A DNA stretch of 64,000 bases from Desulfatiglandales bacterium (GCA_963662465.1 OY759599.1:5952001-6016000), one strand, 5' to 3'. Positions 50,924-61,690 are shown, numbered from the stretch's first letter. Numbers and translations: made by a program. Notes: generated from the sequence alone by a model not told the origin.

Positions 50924-51679
50924 ATGAGCGGAAAAGCGTTTTTTATCGATACGACAGTATGTACTGCATGTAGAGGCTGTCAGATTGCCTGCAAGCAATG
51001 GAACCAGCTGCCGGCCACAAAGACCCATCAATGGGGAAGTATGCAGAATCCCAAGGACCTCTCTTTTGATACCTATAAGGTGGTTCGTTTCGAAGAACAC
51101 ATGGGGAGCAACAACAAACCCGTATGGTATTTTTTCCCGGAACAGTGCCGGCATTGTGTGGAGCCCCCCTGTCTGGAAGTGGCGGAGAGTGAAGCGCCGG
51201 GTGGGATCATCATAGACCGTCAGACGGGCGCTGTCCTCTACACGGATAAACTCAAAAAGGCGAAAACGCAAAACGTCATTGACGCATGCCCTTTCAACAT
51301 TCCACGGGCACAAAAGGGGACCGGGTATCTCTCCAAATGCACCATGTGCGTTGACAGGGTACACAATGGCCTCTTACCCGCCTGCGTCAAGACTTGTCCC
51401 ACCGGGGCCATGAATTTTGGAGATCGTGAAAAAATGGTTTCTCTGGCGAAAAAGCGGTATGGCGAGGTTAAATCGAGATTCCCCAAAGCCACCCTCACCG
51501 GCCTCGAAGATCTCAGGGTTTTTTATCTGCTGGCCGACGAGCCCAAAGCGTACTACCGCTATGCCAAAGTGAATCCTCTGCCGAACAGCATGGACAGGAA
51601 GATGGCGCTTAGAAAAATTGGGAGATCATTGAAGGACCTCTCCAGGGAATGGCATATGATCAACAAACTGGCCGGTTAA
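50924..51679 (+). CDS. fdnH: Formate dehydrogenase Fe-S beta subunit
   Basis: CTACRGCQIAC, CRHCVEPPC, KCTMCVDR, PACVKTCPTG. Confidence 0.93.
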   Translation: MSGKAFFIDTTVCTACRGCQIACKQWNQLPATKTHQWGSMQNPKDLSFDTYKVVRFEEHMGSNNKPVWYFFPEQCRHCVEPPCLEVAESEAPGGIIIDRQTGAVLYTDKLKKAKTQNVIDACPFNIPRAQKGTGYLSKCTMCVDRVHNGLLPACVKTCPTGAMNFGDREKMVSLAKKRYGEVKSRFPKATLTGLEDLRVFYLLADEPKAYYRYAKVNPLPNSMDRKMALRKIGRSLKDLSREWHMINKLAG

Positions 51680-51701
51680 TTAAACGGCTTGAACGGTGAA
51701 A

Positions 51702-51737
51702 AGAAAAGGGGGGGTTCGCGAGGGCGCCCCCTTTTCT
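51702..51737 (+). terminator. Terminator after the fdh operon
   Basis: agaaaaggggg...cccccttttct hairpin. Confidence 0.7.
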
Positions 51738-51884
51738 ATTTCTAACGCGTCGTTGGTTCTCACCGGTTAACGGAAAAAAGCCTTGACAACGATAGGTTGA
51801 CATTAAGATAATGTGTAACCATTAAGTTAAAATGGGAAGTTTAGGCTAAGCAGGTTTCCGTTAACTCATATGAGGAGGCGCCGA

Positions 51885-52829
51885 ATGAAAGAGGCAAAGG
51901 AATTCTACGAAAGGTTGGAAAGGAAAGGAATCTCACGAAGGGATTTCATGAAGTACTGTGGGGTGGTTACCGCCACCATGGGGCTCTCATCTTCCTTTAT
52001 CCCAAAGGTTGCGGAAGTGTTCGCGGCCCCAAAGCAAAGACCGCCGGTGATATGGCTCCACTTTGCTGAATGCACGGGATGTTCCGAGGCGACCCTTCGT
52101 TCCATGTATCCCTGGATCGATGAACTGGTTCTGGATATACTGGATATTGCCTACCATGAAACCATTATGGCTGCTTCCGGGCGCCAGGCGGAAGATGCGC
52201 TTCATGCTGCCGCCAAAAAGTACAAGGGAAAATATATTTGCGTCGTAGAAGGTGCCATCGCCACCAAATATAACGGGGCTTATGGAAAAATCGCCGGACG
52301 TACATTTCTTGAAGTGGCCAAGGAGATCGTCCCCAATGCCGTCGCCACCATCTGCATCGGAACCTGTTCCTCCTACGGGGGCATCCAGGCGGCAAAACCC
52401 AACCCCGGCGGTTATAAAGGCGTGGGGGAAGCGCTGGGCGTCAAGACCGTCAATATCCCCGGTTGTCCACCCAATCCCATCAACCTGGTAGGCACCATCG
52501 TTAATTACCTTCTTCTCGGCAAACTGCCCGCCCTTGACGATCTGGGCCGCCCCCTCTTTGCCTACGGAAAAACCATACACGATCAATGCCCCAGAAGGTC
52601 CCATTACGAAAACGATGAATTCGTGACGGAATTCGGTTCAAAAGAGGCCCAAATGGGATACTGCCTGTTCAAAATGGGCTGCAAGGGTCCTGAGACCTAC
52701 AATAACTGCCCTACCGCCAAATTCAATGACGGCACCAGCTGGCCCGTGGAAGCGGGCCACCCCTGCATCGGCTGCAGCGAGCCTGACTTCTGGGATAAAA
52801 TGACCCCGTTCTTTGAAGAAACCAGGTAA
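51885..52829 (+). CDS. Periplasmic [NiFe] hydrogenase small subunit
   Basis: Tat motif SRRDFMK, ECTGCSE, GCPP, HDQCPR, GCKGP, HPCIGCSEP. Confidence 0.96.
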   Translation: MKEAKEFYERLERKGISRRDFMKYCGVVTATMGLSSSFIPKVAEVFAAPKQRPPVIWLHFAECTGCSEATLRSMYPWIDELVLDILDIAYHETIMAASGRQAEDALHAAAKKYKGKYICVVEGAIATKYNGAYGKIAGRTFLEVAKEIVPNAVATICIGTCSSYGGIQAAKPNPGGYKGVGEALGVKTVNIPGCPPNPINLVGTIVNYLLLGKLPALDDLGRPLFAYGKTIHDQCPRRSHYENDEFVTEFGSKEAQMGYCLFKMGCKGPETYNNCPTAKFNDGTSWPVEAGHPCIGCSEPDFWDKMTPFFEETR

Positions 52830-52888
52830 TCGGAATCACAGTCGAATTCGCAATCAAAAAATACTCTTAAGAAAAGAGAGGAGAAAGT

Positions 52889-54535
52889 ATGGGCAAAAGA
52901 ATTATCGTCGATCCGATTACCCGGATAGAGGGGCATTTAAAAATTGAGGTGGAAGTTTCCGGAGGAAAAGTCGTCAATGCCTGGAGTTCCGCGCAAATGT
53001 TCCGGGGCATTGAAATTATATTGCAGGGAAGAGATCCAAGGGATGCACCCCTGTTTGTTCAACGTTCATGCGGCGTTTGCACTTACACCCATTACCTGTC
53101 ATCCATGAGGGCCGTTGAAAACGCCGTAGGCGTGACCATCCCCAAGAATGCCCGTATTGTTCGAAACCTTTTGCACGGCGCACAGTTTCAGCAGGACCAC
53201 ATCACCCATTTTTATCAACTGCATGCCCTGGATTTTGTGGACGTGGTGGATGCCCTCAAAGCAGACCCTCAAAAAACAGCGGCCCTCTCGGCCAACGTCA
53301 GCAATGATCCCCTTGGCGGAACCGCCTATTTCAAGGAAGTTCAGCAAAAAATCAAGACCTTTGTGAACAGTGGGCAATTGGGTCTTTTTGCCAATGGCTA
53401 CTGGGGGAGTTCTGCCTACAAACTGCCGCCGGAAGCCAATCTGATGGCAACGGCCCATTATCTCGAAGCCCTTCGCATCCAGGCCAAAATGGTCCGAATG
53501 CATGCCATTTTCGGCGCCAAAAATCCCCACCTTCAGGCCCTGGCCGTGGGTGGGGTCACCAGCGTTAAAGACCTGACGCCTGACCGTATTGCCGAATTTC
53601 TCTATATCTGGAAAGAGGCTCAGGAATTTGTGCGCAACGTCTATATCCCCGATCTGGTCGCCATTGCATCTTTTTATAAGGACTGGGGAAGCATCGGCGG
53701 CACCTCCAATTTCCTGGCCTGGGGCGATCTGCCCATGTCGGAAAAAGAACCCGAAAGCCTTTTTTTGCCTCGTGGGGTCATCATGAAACGGGACCTCAAA
53801 GGTGTCAAAATGGCTGATCCCAAAAAGGTTACCGAACACATTGATCGCTCCTGGTATGAAGGCAAAGGGGCCAAACATCCCTATAACGGAGAAACCAAAC
53901 CCTATCAGGGCGATCCCAAATACGACACCAATGGCCGGTATTCCTGGTCCAAGGCCCCTCGCTACGAGGACGAAGCCTGTGAAGTGGGTCCCCTGGCGAG
54001 AGTCCTGGTGGCCTATGCCTGGGGCAAAAAGGATTTTCAGGATGTGGTCGACAGCACCTTGAAAAAGCTTAATATTCCGGTGACAGCCCTCTTTTCCACC
54101 CTGGGCCGAACGGCGGCCCGCGGCCTTGAGACTCTCGTCATCGGAAATGCCATGGAAGGCTGGGTCATGGAACTGGTGGAGAACCTGAAATCGGGCGACA
54201 CCGCCACCTGCGCCAAATGGACCATGCCCGACAAAGGCAAAGGGTGCGGATTGAATGATGTGGCCAGAGGCGCTTTGGGGCACTGGATTGAAATTGAAGA
54301 CAAAAAAATTAAGAATTACCAGTATGTGGTGCCATCCACATGGAATCTGGGGCCCAGATGTGAAAAAGGCAAACTGGGACCCGTTGAAGAAGCCCTCATC
54401 GGAACGCCGGTAGCCGATCCCAAAAGACCCCTGGAAATTCTCAGAACCGTCCACTCATTCGATCCCTGCATTGCCTGCGGGGTACATGTCATAGATCCTG
54501 ATTCAAACCAGGTCTATAAAATAAGAGTTGTATAA
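52889..54535 (+). CDS. [NiFe] hydrogenase large subunit (group 1, Cys type)
   Basis: DPITRIEGH, RSCGVC, DPCIACGVH plus a cleavable tail. Confidence 0.97.
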   Translation: MGKRIIVDPITRIEGHLKIEVEVSGGKVVNAWSSAQMFRGIEIILQGRDPRDAPLFVQRSCGVCTYTHYLSSMRAVENAVGVTIPKNARIVRNLLHGAQFQQDHITHFYQLHALDFVDVVDALKADPQKTAALSANVSNDPLGGTAYFKEVQQKIKTFVNSGQLGLFANGYWGSSAYKLPPEANLMATAHYLEALRIQAKMVRMHAIFGAKNPHLQALAVGGVTSVKDLTPDRIAEFLYIWKEAQEFVRNVYIPDLVAIASFYKDWGSIGGTSNFLAWGDLPMSEKEPESLFLPRGVIMKRDLKGVKMADPKKVTEHIDRSWYEGKGAKHPYNGETKPYQGDPKYDTNGRYSWSKAPRYEDEACEVGPLARVLVAYAWGKKDFQDVVDSTLKKLNIPVTALFSTLGRTAARGLETLVIGNAMEGWVMELVENLKSGDTATCAKWTMPDKGKGCGLNDVARGALGHWIEIEDKKIKNYQYVVPSTWNLGPRCEKGKLGPVEEALIGTPVADPKRPLEILRTVHSFDPCIACGVHVIDPDSNQVYKIRVV

Positions 54536-54553
54536 TGGTCATAAACTGAAAAT

Positions 54554-54590
54554 CTTAACCGCCGCTTCAAAAAGGCGGCGGTTAAGACTT
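54554..54590. terminator. Hairpin after the hydrogenase genes
   Basis: tcttaaccgccgc...gcggcggttaaga. Confidence 0.7.
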
Positions 54591-54617
54591 ATCGTATTTT
54601 CATTTACATAGCCCTAT

Positions 54618-57365
54618 ATGGCCCAGCACCCCAAAGCATCCGTGCCGGAATCCTGGCTCAAGTTTGTGGTTCACCACCCCTGGTGGGTCATCCTCCCCGT
54701 TGTTCTGTTAACCCTTGTATTTGCCTGGCAAATACCGAATCTTCGATTTGAAACATCCATATACGACTTAACCATTGAGGATCTGCCCCAAACCATCGAA
54801 TACAATGCCTTTAAAAAAGCCTTTGGGTGTGAAGAGATTGTCCTCGTTGTCGCCAGGACCGAAAACATTTTTAATCCGGAAACATTCAGCAGTCTTGACC
54901 GATTGGCCAAAACCTTTGAAAAAATTAAAGGGGTACGGCGAGTCATCAGCCTTCCCGGCATCAAAAAGGCCATGGACATCACCGGAAAATGGACCCTTCC
55001 GGATTTCAAAAAGGAAATCGAACCCGTTACCCTCCTTGAAAAAAATATTATCTCCAAAGACGGTAAAACCACCGTCATATCTCTGATACTGGAAGACACC
55101 AAACAAAAAGATCCCGTCATTGCCGCGATCCAGGACCTGATTGACAAAGAAACAGCCCCTGAGTCCATATACCAGATCGGCATGCCCGTGGTGGCCAGGG
55201 CGTTAACACAGTTTACAGAGCAGGATTTCATAAGACTTCCGCCCATTACCTTTCTCCTCATTGCCCTGGTTCTTTTTCTCCTGTTTCGCAATCTTCGCGG
55301 CGTGTTGATTCCAGCCGGTTCAGTCCTCATTGCACTCATCTGGACATTCGGTCTTATGGCATGGACCGCCATTCCCCTTTCGCTGCTCATCATGATCGTC
55401 CCGATTTTTCTCATTGCCGTAGGCACTGCCTACTGCATGTATATCTTCCCCGAATACGCGTTAGCCCGGCAAACATGTGAAAATCCAAAAGAGGCTTCCT
55501 TTCAATGTTTTGAGCGACTCGGGTTTCCCACTTTCCTGGCCGTGTTCACCACCACCATCGGACTGGGGTCCCTTCTCATCAACAAAATCAGTGAAATCCG
55601 ATTCTTTGCCCTTTTTTCATGCTTCGGCATCCTTGCCATGCTGATCATTTTTCTCACCTTCCTGCCGGCGGTGATGGCGCTTTTGCCCTTCCCCGAAAAA
55701 TCCCACAAAGCTGAACCATCGGGAAAAGAAACCCTGCTGGATCGCCTTCTGTCGGGCATTATCCGGGTGAACCTTCATCACCGGAAAGTTGCGCTGGGGC
55801 TGATCGGGTTAATCTCTCTCCTGGGAATCCTTGGAATCTTACAGGTGCAGGTTGAGACCAACCCCATGGACTTTTTCAAGGAGAACACGCCCATTGCACG
55901 CCACTTTAAAGACATCTACCGGGATATGGCCGGCAGCTTTCCCATCAATGTTGTTATCGACAGCCATCAGGATGATTTTTTTGAAAAACCGGAACACCTG
56001 AAACAAATTGCCAGGCTGCAGAAATTTTTCGCCACCCTGGCGGGGGTGGATAAAACCATCTCCTTTTGCGATTACCTTAAACTGGTCAATTACGCCACCA
56101 ACCAGCATCAAGACGAATTCCATGCGCTGCCGGAAGAGGCCTTCGAGGTTCGCATGCTCATCAACAACTTCAAAACCATGCTGGGCCTTGACATGCTGAC
56201 GCGATTCATAAACGAAAATTTTTCAAGGATCAACATCATCTTAAGAACCCATATTTCCAGTTCCAATGATTTTCTGAACACCCAGAAAAAAATTGAAGCC
56301 TACCTGAATAAAAATATGCCGCCAACATTCTCCTTTCAAGTCACCGGGATCGGCGTCGTGATTTCTCACAGCAGCCGCCTTATCACCGAAGGACAGCTGA
56401 AAAGCCTGTGCATGACTCTCGTGCTGGTGTTTGCCATCATGTTTTTATTGTTCATGTCCTTCAAGGTTGGCATTATCGGCATCCTTCCCAACTGCTTTCC
56501 GATTATTGTCGCCTTTGGCGTCATGGGTTGGGCGGGAATCCCCCTATCCATGGCAACAAGCCTCATTGCCGGCGTTGCCGTCGGTCTGGCGGTAGATGAC
56601 ACCATTCATTATCTGGTTAGCTATAACCATGAATTTAAAAAAGATCTGAACAAGGAACACGCCCTTCAAAATACCATTCGACATATGGGAAAACCCATCA
56701 TCTTCACCACCGTAACCATCAGCCTGGGGTTTTCCATACTCATGTTTTCCAGCTTCAAACCGACGGCCGTTTTTGGTCTTATGATGGTGATTACAATGGT
56801 TTCCGCCCTGGTGGCGGATCTCATTCTCTTGCCCTCCTTGATGCTACATGTGGAACTGGTCACCATCTGGGATCTGCTCCGGTTGAAGCTGGGCAAGGAT
56901 CCCCAGGAAGGAATACCGCTTTTCAAAGGACTTTCCCGCACCCAGGTCCATTATATATTGATGACCGGCAACCTGAAAACCTATGAAGCGGGTGGGGTAG
57001 TCATGACCAAGGGGGAAGTCAGCGACTCCATGTATGCCATCATTTCAGGGAAGTTGGAGGTACTGGGGGGCGCCGATCAAGATATAAACGGTATCATCCG
57101 CCCGAGGAAAGTCATCGCAACGCTTGAGACCGGCAACGTGGTGGGAGAGATGGGCATGATCCGATCCTGCGAAAGATCCGCAACCGTTGTGGCTGCTTCC
57201 CCCTCGGAACTCCTTCAAATCAATGAAAGGATGGTGAAACGACTTCAGTGGCTCTACCCCCCAACAGCTCACCGGTTTTTTTTCAATCTGATGACCATTT
57301 TATGTGATCGATTGCAGAATCTGACGGAATGCTATCTGAAAGAAACCGACAGTGATGCGCATTAA
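54618..57365 (+). CDS. MMPL/RND-family transporter with a C-terminal cNMP-binding domain
   Basis: Two TM repeats, GLAVDDTIH, TTTIGLGSL; GEMG...RSATV. Confidence 0.88.
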   Translation: MAQHPKASVPESWLKFVVHHPWWVILPVVLLTLVFAWQIPNLRFETSIYDLTIEDLPQTIEYNAFKKAFGCEEIVLVVARTENIFNPETFSSLDRLAKTFEKIKGVRRVISLPGIKKAMDITGKWTLPDFKKEIEPVTLLEKNIISKDGKTTVISLILEDTKQKDPVIAAIQDLIDKETAPESIYQIGMPVVARALTQFTEQDFIRLPPITFLLIALVLFLLFRNLRGVLIPAGSVLIALIWTFGLMAWTAIPLSLLIMIVPIFLIAVGTAYCMYIFPEYALARQTCENPKEASFQCFERLGFPTFLAVFTTTIGLGSLLINKISEIRFFALFSCFGILAMLIIFLTFLPAVMALLPFPEKSHKAEPSGKETLLDRLLSGIIRVNLHHRKVALGLIGLISLLGILGILQVQVETNPMDFFKENTPIARHFKDIYRDMAGSFPINVVIDSHQDDFFEKPEHLKQIARLQKFFATLAGVDKTISFCDYLKLVNYATNQHQDEFHALPEEAFEVRMLINNFKTMLGLDMLTRFINENFSRINIILRTHISSSNDFLNTQKKIEAYLNKNMPPTFSFQVTGIGVVISHSSRLITEGQLKSLCMTLVLVFAIMFLLFMSFKVGIIGILPNCFPIIVAFGVMGWAGIPLSMATSLIAGVAVGLAVDDTIHYLVSYNHEFKKDLNKEHALQNTIRHMGKPIIFTTVTISLGFSILMFSSFKPTAVFGLMMVITMVSALVADLILLPSLMLHVELVTIWDLLRLKLGKDPQEGIPLFKGLSRTQVHYILMTGNLKTYEAGGVVMTKGEVSDSMYAIISGKLEVLGGADQDINGIIRPRKVIATLETGNVVGEMGMIRSCERSATVVAASPSELLQINERMVKRLQWLYPPTAHRFFFNLMTILCDRLQNLTECYLKETDSDAH

Positions 57366-57479
57366 AGCATAAAATTCTTGAATGATCGTCATGATAACGA
57401 CTATACTGAGTTGCTCTAAACTTTGCGCTTATACATATTCTTACCACAAAGACACAGAAGGGGAAAAACATTTAAATTC

Positions 57480-57634
57480 GGTTCATCGCGGATTAACGTG
57501 AAATCGCGCTTTGAGATTGTTTCGGTTCGGGCTGTAGGTGCGACTTCAGTCGCACAGGGTCGGCTTAATGTGCGACTGAAGTCGCACCTACAATCGGCTC
57601 AGAAGCCAAATCTCACGCGAATCCACGATGAGCC
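57480..57634. repeat. GTAG-type REP doublet (REPIN-like) inside a larger imperfect inverted repeat
   Basis: Perfect 24-bp IR at 57533-57556 and 57569-57592; outer arms ggttcatcgcggatt and aatccacgatgagcc. Confidence 0.85.
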
Positions 57635-57676
57635 TTAAATTCAAACCGGAATCGCATCAATTTTTGGGTGAACTCA

Positions 57677-58222
57677 ATGGAAGAAAAAAAGATCACCATC
57701 ATGGGTGTCGGCAATATCCTTTTTACGGATGAAGGCGTCGGTATTCGAGTTCTTGAAGCACTGAACAAACAATATGATTTCCCGCCCAATGTGACAATGG
57801 TCGATGGCGGGGTTCTCGGCATGAACCTGCTGGGGACGATTTCAGAAGCCGATTATCTGATTGTGATCGATGCGGTTCGAAATGGCGGGGAACCTGGTAC
57901 ACTCTACCGTCTTGAGGGCGAAGAAATTCCACAGCGGGTGCTGGCCAAGAATTCCCTTCACCAGGTGGATCTCCTTGAGGCACTTACTTTCTGCCAGGCA
58001 CTGGATAAACAACCTGAAACCCTGATTATCGGAGTCGAACCCGAGGATATCAAAACCGTGGGACTGGCGTTAACAACCCCCGTGGCCGAAAAAGTCCAAC
58101 CCATGATAACAATGGTTCTTTCGGAGCTTACACGGCTTGGGGCTTTTGCTTCCCGGCGTGATCTTTCTAAACCCTTCATCCAAACCGAAGACAAACTATC
58201 CGCCGGTATTCCTTCATTGTAA
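57677..58222 (+). CDS. Hydrogenase maturation protease (HyaD/HybD family)
   Basis: GVGNILFTDEGVG, VDGG, IDAV, SLHQ. Confidence 0.93.
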   Translation: MEEKKITIMGVGNILFTDEGVGIRVLEALNKQYDFPPNVTMVDGGVLGMNLLGTISEADYLIVIDAVRNGGEPGTLYRLEGEEIPQRVLAKNSLHQVDLLEALTFCQALDKQPETLIIGVEPEDIKTVGLALTTPVAEKVQPMITMVLSELTRLGAFASRRDLSKPFIQTEDKLSAGIPSL

Positions 58223-58241
58223 ACCAAAGAGAGAAAAAATT

Positions 58242-58475
58242 ATGTGTCTTGCCATACCCGCAAAAGTCATTCACATCACCGACCACATGGGCACGGTCGA
58301 TATGGACGGTACACAGAGGGACGTCAGTCTCCTTCTGCTGTCGGACGCACAAATCGGCAACTATGTCATTGTCCATGCCGGTTTTGCCATTCATCGCATC
58401 AATGAGGCGGAAGCCCAGGCCTCATTAAAACTGTTGCGCGAAATGGCTGCCTTGCCGGAGGCGCGGAAAACATGA
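58242..58475 (+). CDS. hypC: Hydrogenase chaperone HypC
   Basis: MCLAIP, VIVHAGFAI. Confidence 0.95.
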   Translation: MCLAIPAKVIHITDHMGTVDMDGTQRDVSLLLLSDAQIGNYVIVHAGFAIHRINEAEAQASLKLLREMAALPEARKT

Positions 58476-58658
58476 CTTCAGTGGAATCATTTCAATTTTC
58501 CACATTTTCAAAGAGCAAACAGGAATCGCCCTCTCGGAATCCCTTGACACAGACTATTTTCTTCCACTATACTTTTTGTGATCTGTTTGACTTTAAATTC
58601 AGTCATAGATGGAAGATCAAATCAACATAACTTACACAAGAAAGGAGGTGAAACCCAA

Positions 58659-59057
58659 ATGACCAAAAGGTTCTACATACTTTTAACCGCTATCTTTACC
58701 TGTCTACTCTTTGTTTCCGTGGGTGTGCTGGTTGCGGCGGATGTTCCCGAAACCGTCACCATTGAAGGGAAAGACTACGCAAAGGACAAGAAAGGCCCGG
58801 TAGAGTTCCATCACCAAAAGCATGTAAGCGATTATAAGTTAGCCTGCACCGATTGCCACCATGTGTACAAGGACGGTAAGAACGTGTGGAAAGAAGGCGA
58901 CAAAGTTCAGAAATGCAGTGAATGCCATGATCCTGCCGAAAAACAGGGGGACGTTATGAAACTGCAAAACGCTTACCACCGGAACTGCAAGAATTGCCAT
59001 AAGGAAAAGGGAAAAGGTCCTTTCAAAAAATGTAACGATTGCCACGCCAAGAAGTAG
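58659..59057 (+). CDS. Tetraheme cytochrome c3
   Basis: Signal peptide, PVEFHHQKH, four CxxCH motifs; AAGGAGG ribosome-binding site. Confidence 0.95.
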   Translation: MTKRFYILLTAIFTCLLFVSVGVLVAADVPETVTIEGKDYAKDKKGPVEFHHQKHVSDYKLACTDCHHVYKDGKNVWKEGDKVQKCSECHDPAEKQGDVMKLQNAYHRNCKNCHKEKGKGPFKKCNDCHAKK

Positions 59058-59098
59058 GTGCGAAAACCCTTACATGCATCAGCTTCTTTACAGTTCAT

Positions 59099-59137
59099 AG
59101 CCGTCTTCCCCCATAAAAAAAGGAAGACGGCTTTTTT
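59099..59137 (+). terminator. Terminator after cytochrome c3
   Basis: agccgtcttcc...ggaagacggct followed by a T run. Confidence 0.75.
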
Positions 59138-59270
59138 CATTTGGTTTTGATTGGAGAAAAGAGAAGATAAGCCTCAGCTGCGATTCACCCAAGAAAATCT
59201 GGTAGTGGTTAGGGGTTTCATGCTGCTTTTTTTTGTTGGTCCCTCTTTCGGAAAATAACAGCCATCTAAC

Positions 59271-59326
59271 AAAAGAAGCGCTGCGGTTTGTTGGAAAAGT
59301 TCCCTTCAAACCACAGCGCTTCTTTT
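59271..59326 (-). terminator. Terminator after ferredoxin
   Basis: aaaagaagcgctg...cagcgcttctttt. Confidence 0.75.
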
Positions 59327-59346
59327 AATTGAAACAAATAATTCTT

Positions 59347-59535
59347 TTAGACTTCGGTTACCGTAATGGCTTCATGCTCACACACTTCAATACAGCTCTC
59401 ACAACCCAGACACTCTTCCGCGTTTACGGGATCCGATTTTCCATCCACCATCTCGTAGACATCGACGGGACAGACCTCAACACACTCTTCACAACCTTCA
59501 CATTTGTCTTTATCAACAACTACTTCATAACCCAT
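59347..59535 (-). CDS. 2[4Fe-4S] ferredoxin
   Basis: Two CxxCxxCxxxC motifs, 62 aa. Confidence 0.95.
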   Translation of the reverse strand: MGYEVVVDKDKCEGCEECVEVCPVDVYEMVDGKSDPVNAEECLGCESCIEVCEHEAITVTEV

Positions 59536-59708
59536 CTGACGTAACCTCCTGATTTATGTTGAAACACCTTGCATATAAAGAAAAATATTGAAACTTTCAC
59601 CAATCGCGGCTTACCTAACAGAGTAAGTTCTTTGTGTCAAGTCTTTTCATCTCACAACCCTTTTTACCAACCCACCCGAATGGTACGCCGCGAATTGAAC
59701 CCTTACTT

Positions 59709-60866
59709 TTATGCCGCCGCTTCCTCTTTAATTGACACGGCAATCTTATACAAAATCGTCAACACAAAGAATCCAGCCGCCAGCACGCCAATCGTAATTA
59801 ATACCTCCAACGTCGTCGGCCAATAAGGCGTCACGGTTTCAAAACAGTTTGGCGTAAAGCCGCCGATGATCAACCCGAGCCCCTTATCAATCCAGGTGGC
59901 GATAATCACCGACACACATGCCACCGCCAAGGTATCTTCCTTGCGCCTTGTTGCCGGGACGATCAACAGAACCAGCGCCACCACGGCAAAACCGGTCGCA
60001 GTCCACATCCAGGGAGCCAATTTTCCATATCCGTCCAAGCCATGAAAAAGATACTCAAACGCATGCATATGCCCCGGGATCTGACTGTAAAAAGCCGTAA
60101 ATAACTCAAGCAGATAGAAAAATACATTGATAATCATGGCGTAGGCGATAATGCCGCCCAACGTTCGAATTTGCTCCTTTCCGGGATCAAATTTGGAAAC
60201 CTTCTTGACGATCAGGCACAATAGCACCAGTAACGCGGGTCCCGCACAAAACGCAGAGGAAAGAAACCTGGCGGCCATGATGGCGCTCAGCCAGAAATGC
60301 CTTCCCGGAAGGCCGGCATACAGAAAGGCCGTCACCGTATGAATCGTAAAAGCCCAGGGAATGGAAACATAGGCCAAAACCTTGACCCACTTCTGATACT
60401 TGATTCCTTTTCTCTCAGCAGCCAAAACGTTCCACCCCACCACAATATTCAGCAGGAGATAAACGTTGAGGACAATCATATCCCAGAACAGGATCGAATT
60501 GGGAGTGGGGTAAAGAATAACATTCATGATGCGAACCGGATTGCCAAGGTCCACAAATACAAACAGAAGACACATGAGAATGGCGGCAATGGCCAGAAAT
60601 TCACCCAGGATGGTAATCCTGCCAAAAGCTTTATAATCATGTAGATAATAGGGTAGCACTACCATCACACCCCCGGCGGCGATACCCACGAAATAGGTAA
60701 GCTGTCCGATATAGAGCCCCCATGATACGTCTCTGCTCAAGCCCGTAATTCGCAGGCCTTCAAAATACTGATAGATGTAACATCCGGCACCTATCCCGAT
60801 CAAAGCCAGCAGAAAAATGAGCCATGCCCAATAGCCTGTCGTTCCCTTTATCGCTCTGTCAAGCAT
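59709..60866 (-). CDS. dsrP: DsrP (NrfD family)
   Basis: SWGLYI, DLGNP, HTVTAFL; position in the operon. Confidence 0.95.
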   Translation of the reverse strand: MLDRAIKGTTGYWAWLIFLLALIGIGAGCYIYQYFEGLRITGLSRDVSWGLYIGQLTYFVGIAAGGVMVVLPYYLHDYKAFGRITILGEFLAIAAILMCLLFVFVDLGNPVRIMNVILYPTPNSILFWDMIVLNVYLLLNIVVGWNVLAAERKGIKYQKWVKVLAYVSIPWAFTIHTVTAFLYAGLPGRHFWLSAIMAARFLSSAFCAGPALLVLLCLIVKKVSKFDPGKEQIRTLGGIIAYAMIINVFFYLLELFTAFYSQIPGHMHAFEYLFHGLDGYGKLAPWMWTATGFAVVALVLLIVPATRRKEDTLAVACVSVIIATWIDKGLGLIIGGFTPNCFETVTPYWPTTLEVLITIGVLAAGFFVLTILYKIAVSIKEEAAA

Positions 60867-60874
60867 AACCTACC

Positions 60875-61690
60875 TCATATAATATAAAATACGTTTGGTC
60901 CGGTACCCAAAGCGGGTTTTCTTCTCACAGAATAGTGGTCCCGGAGCAATTTTCTAACGTTGGATTCAGGATTTGCGAGATCTCCAAAATGCAACGCACT
61001 GACTTTAATTTTATCACAGGCCTGCACGCATGCGGGAAGCTCTCCCTTGGTCACCAGTTCGGTACAGAAGTTACACTTTTCAACAACGCCCTTTGATCTT
61101 TCCGGATAAGCCTTATTGGTGGGAAAATCAGGATTCAGTTTTTTCGGAGCCTTCCTGGGATTTCCCCAGTTAAAGCTTCTGGAACCATAAGGACACGCCG
61201 CCATGCAGAACCTGCAGCCGATACAGCGATGCATATCCATGGCAACAATGCCATCCTCTTCCCGCTTGAATGTTGCCTGGGTGGGACACACCCGAACGCA
61301 GGGAGGATTGAAGCAGTGGTTGCACATGAGGATAAACGGTTTGCCTTCAACACGCTCATCGATGAATTCGTTGGGATGATCCGGAAACACATGCTCGTAC
61401 TCATCCTGCCAGATCCACTTAATGGCATGTTGAGGCTCTCCCCAGTCCGGTACGTTGTGTTCCCGATGACAGGCCACCATACAGTCTTTGCAGGCCTTTT
61501 TTTCCTGCTGGGCCAAACATTTCCGCATATCGATGACCATGGCCCACCGTTTCCCCTGGGTCAGCGGGATGCCTGCCGTAGAGGCTTCCAATTTCCCTGG
61601 GGCGAGGATATCAATAGCCGCTGCTCCCCCGAGACCGAACAGGGTGGCGTAGCCGGCGATTTTCAGGAATTCTCTTCTGTCTACCCCCAT
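60875..61690 (-). CDS. dsrO: DsrO Fe-S protein
   Basis: Tat motif DRREFLK, CNHCFNPPCVRVCP, CIGCRFCMAACP. Confidence 0.95.
   Translation of the reverse strand: MGVDRREFLKIAGYATLFGLGGAAAIDILAPGKLEASTAGIPLTQGKRWAMVIDMRKCLAQQEKKACKDCMVACHREHNVPDWGEPQHAIKWIWQDEYEHVFPDHPNEFIDERVEGKPFILMCNHCFNPPCVRVCPTQATFKREEDGIVAMDMHRCIGCRFCMAACPYGSRSFNWGNPRKAPKKLNPDFPTNKAYPERSKGVVEKCNFCTELVTKGELPACVQACDKIKVSALHFGDLANPESNVRKLLRDHYSVRRKPALGTGPNVFYII

Noticed and set aside
53099..54454. Long antisense ORFs (also 18374..19204, 21571..22449, 49789..50556, 62492..63442)
   Set aside because: They shadow well-supported genes and have no recognisable motifs.
52889..54535. [NiFeSe] hydrogenase
   Set aside because: The C-terminal motif is DPCIAC with Cys codons and no UGA.
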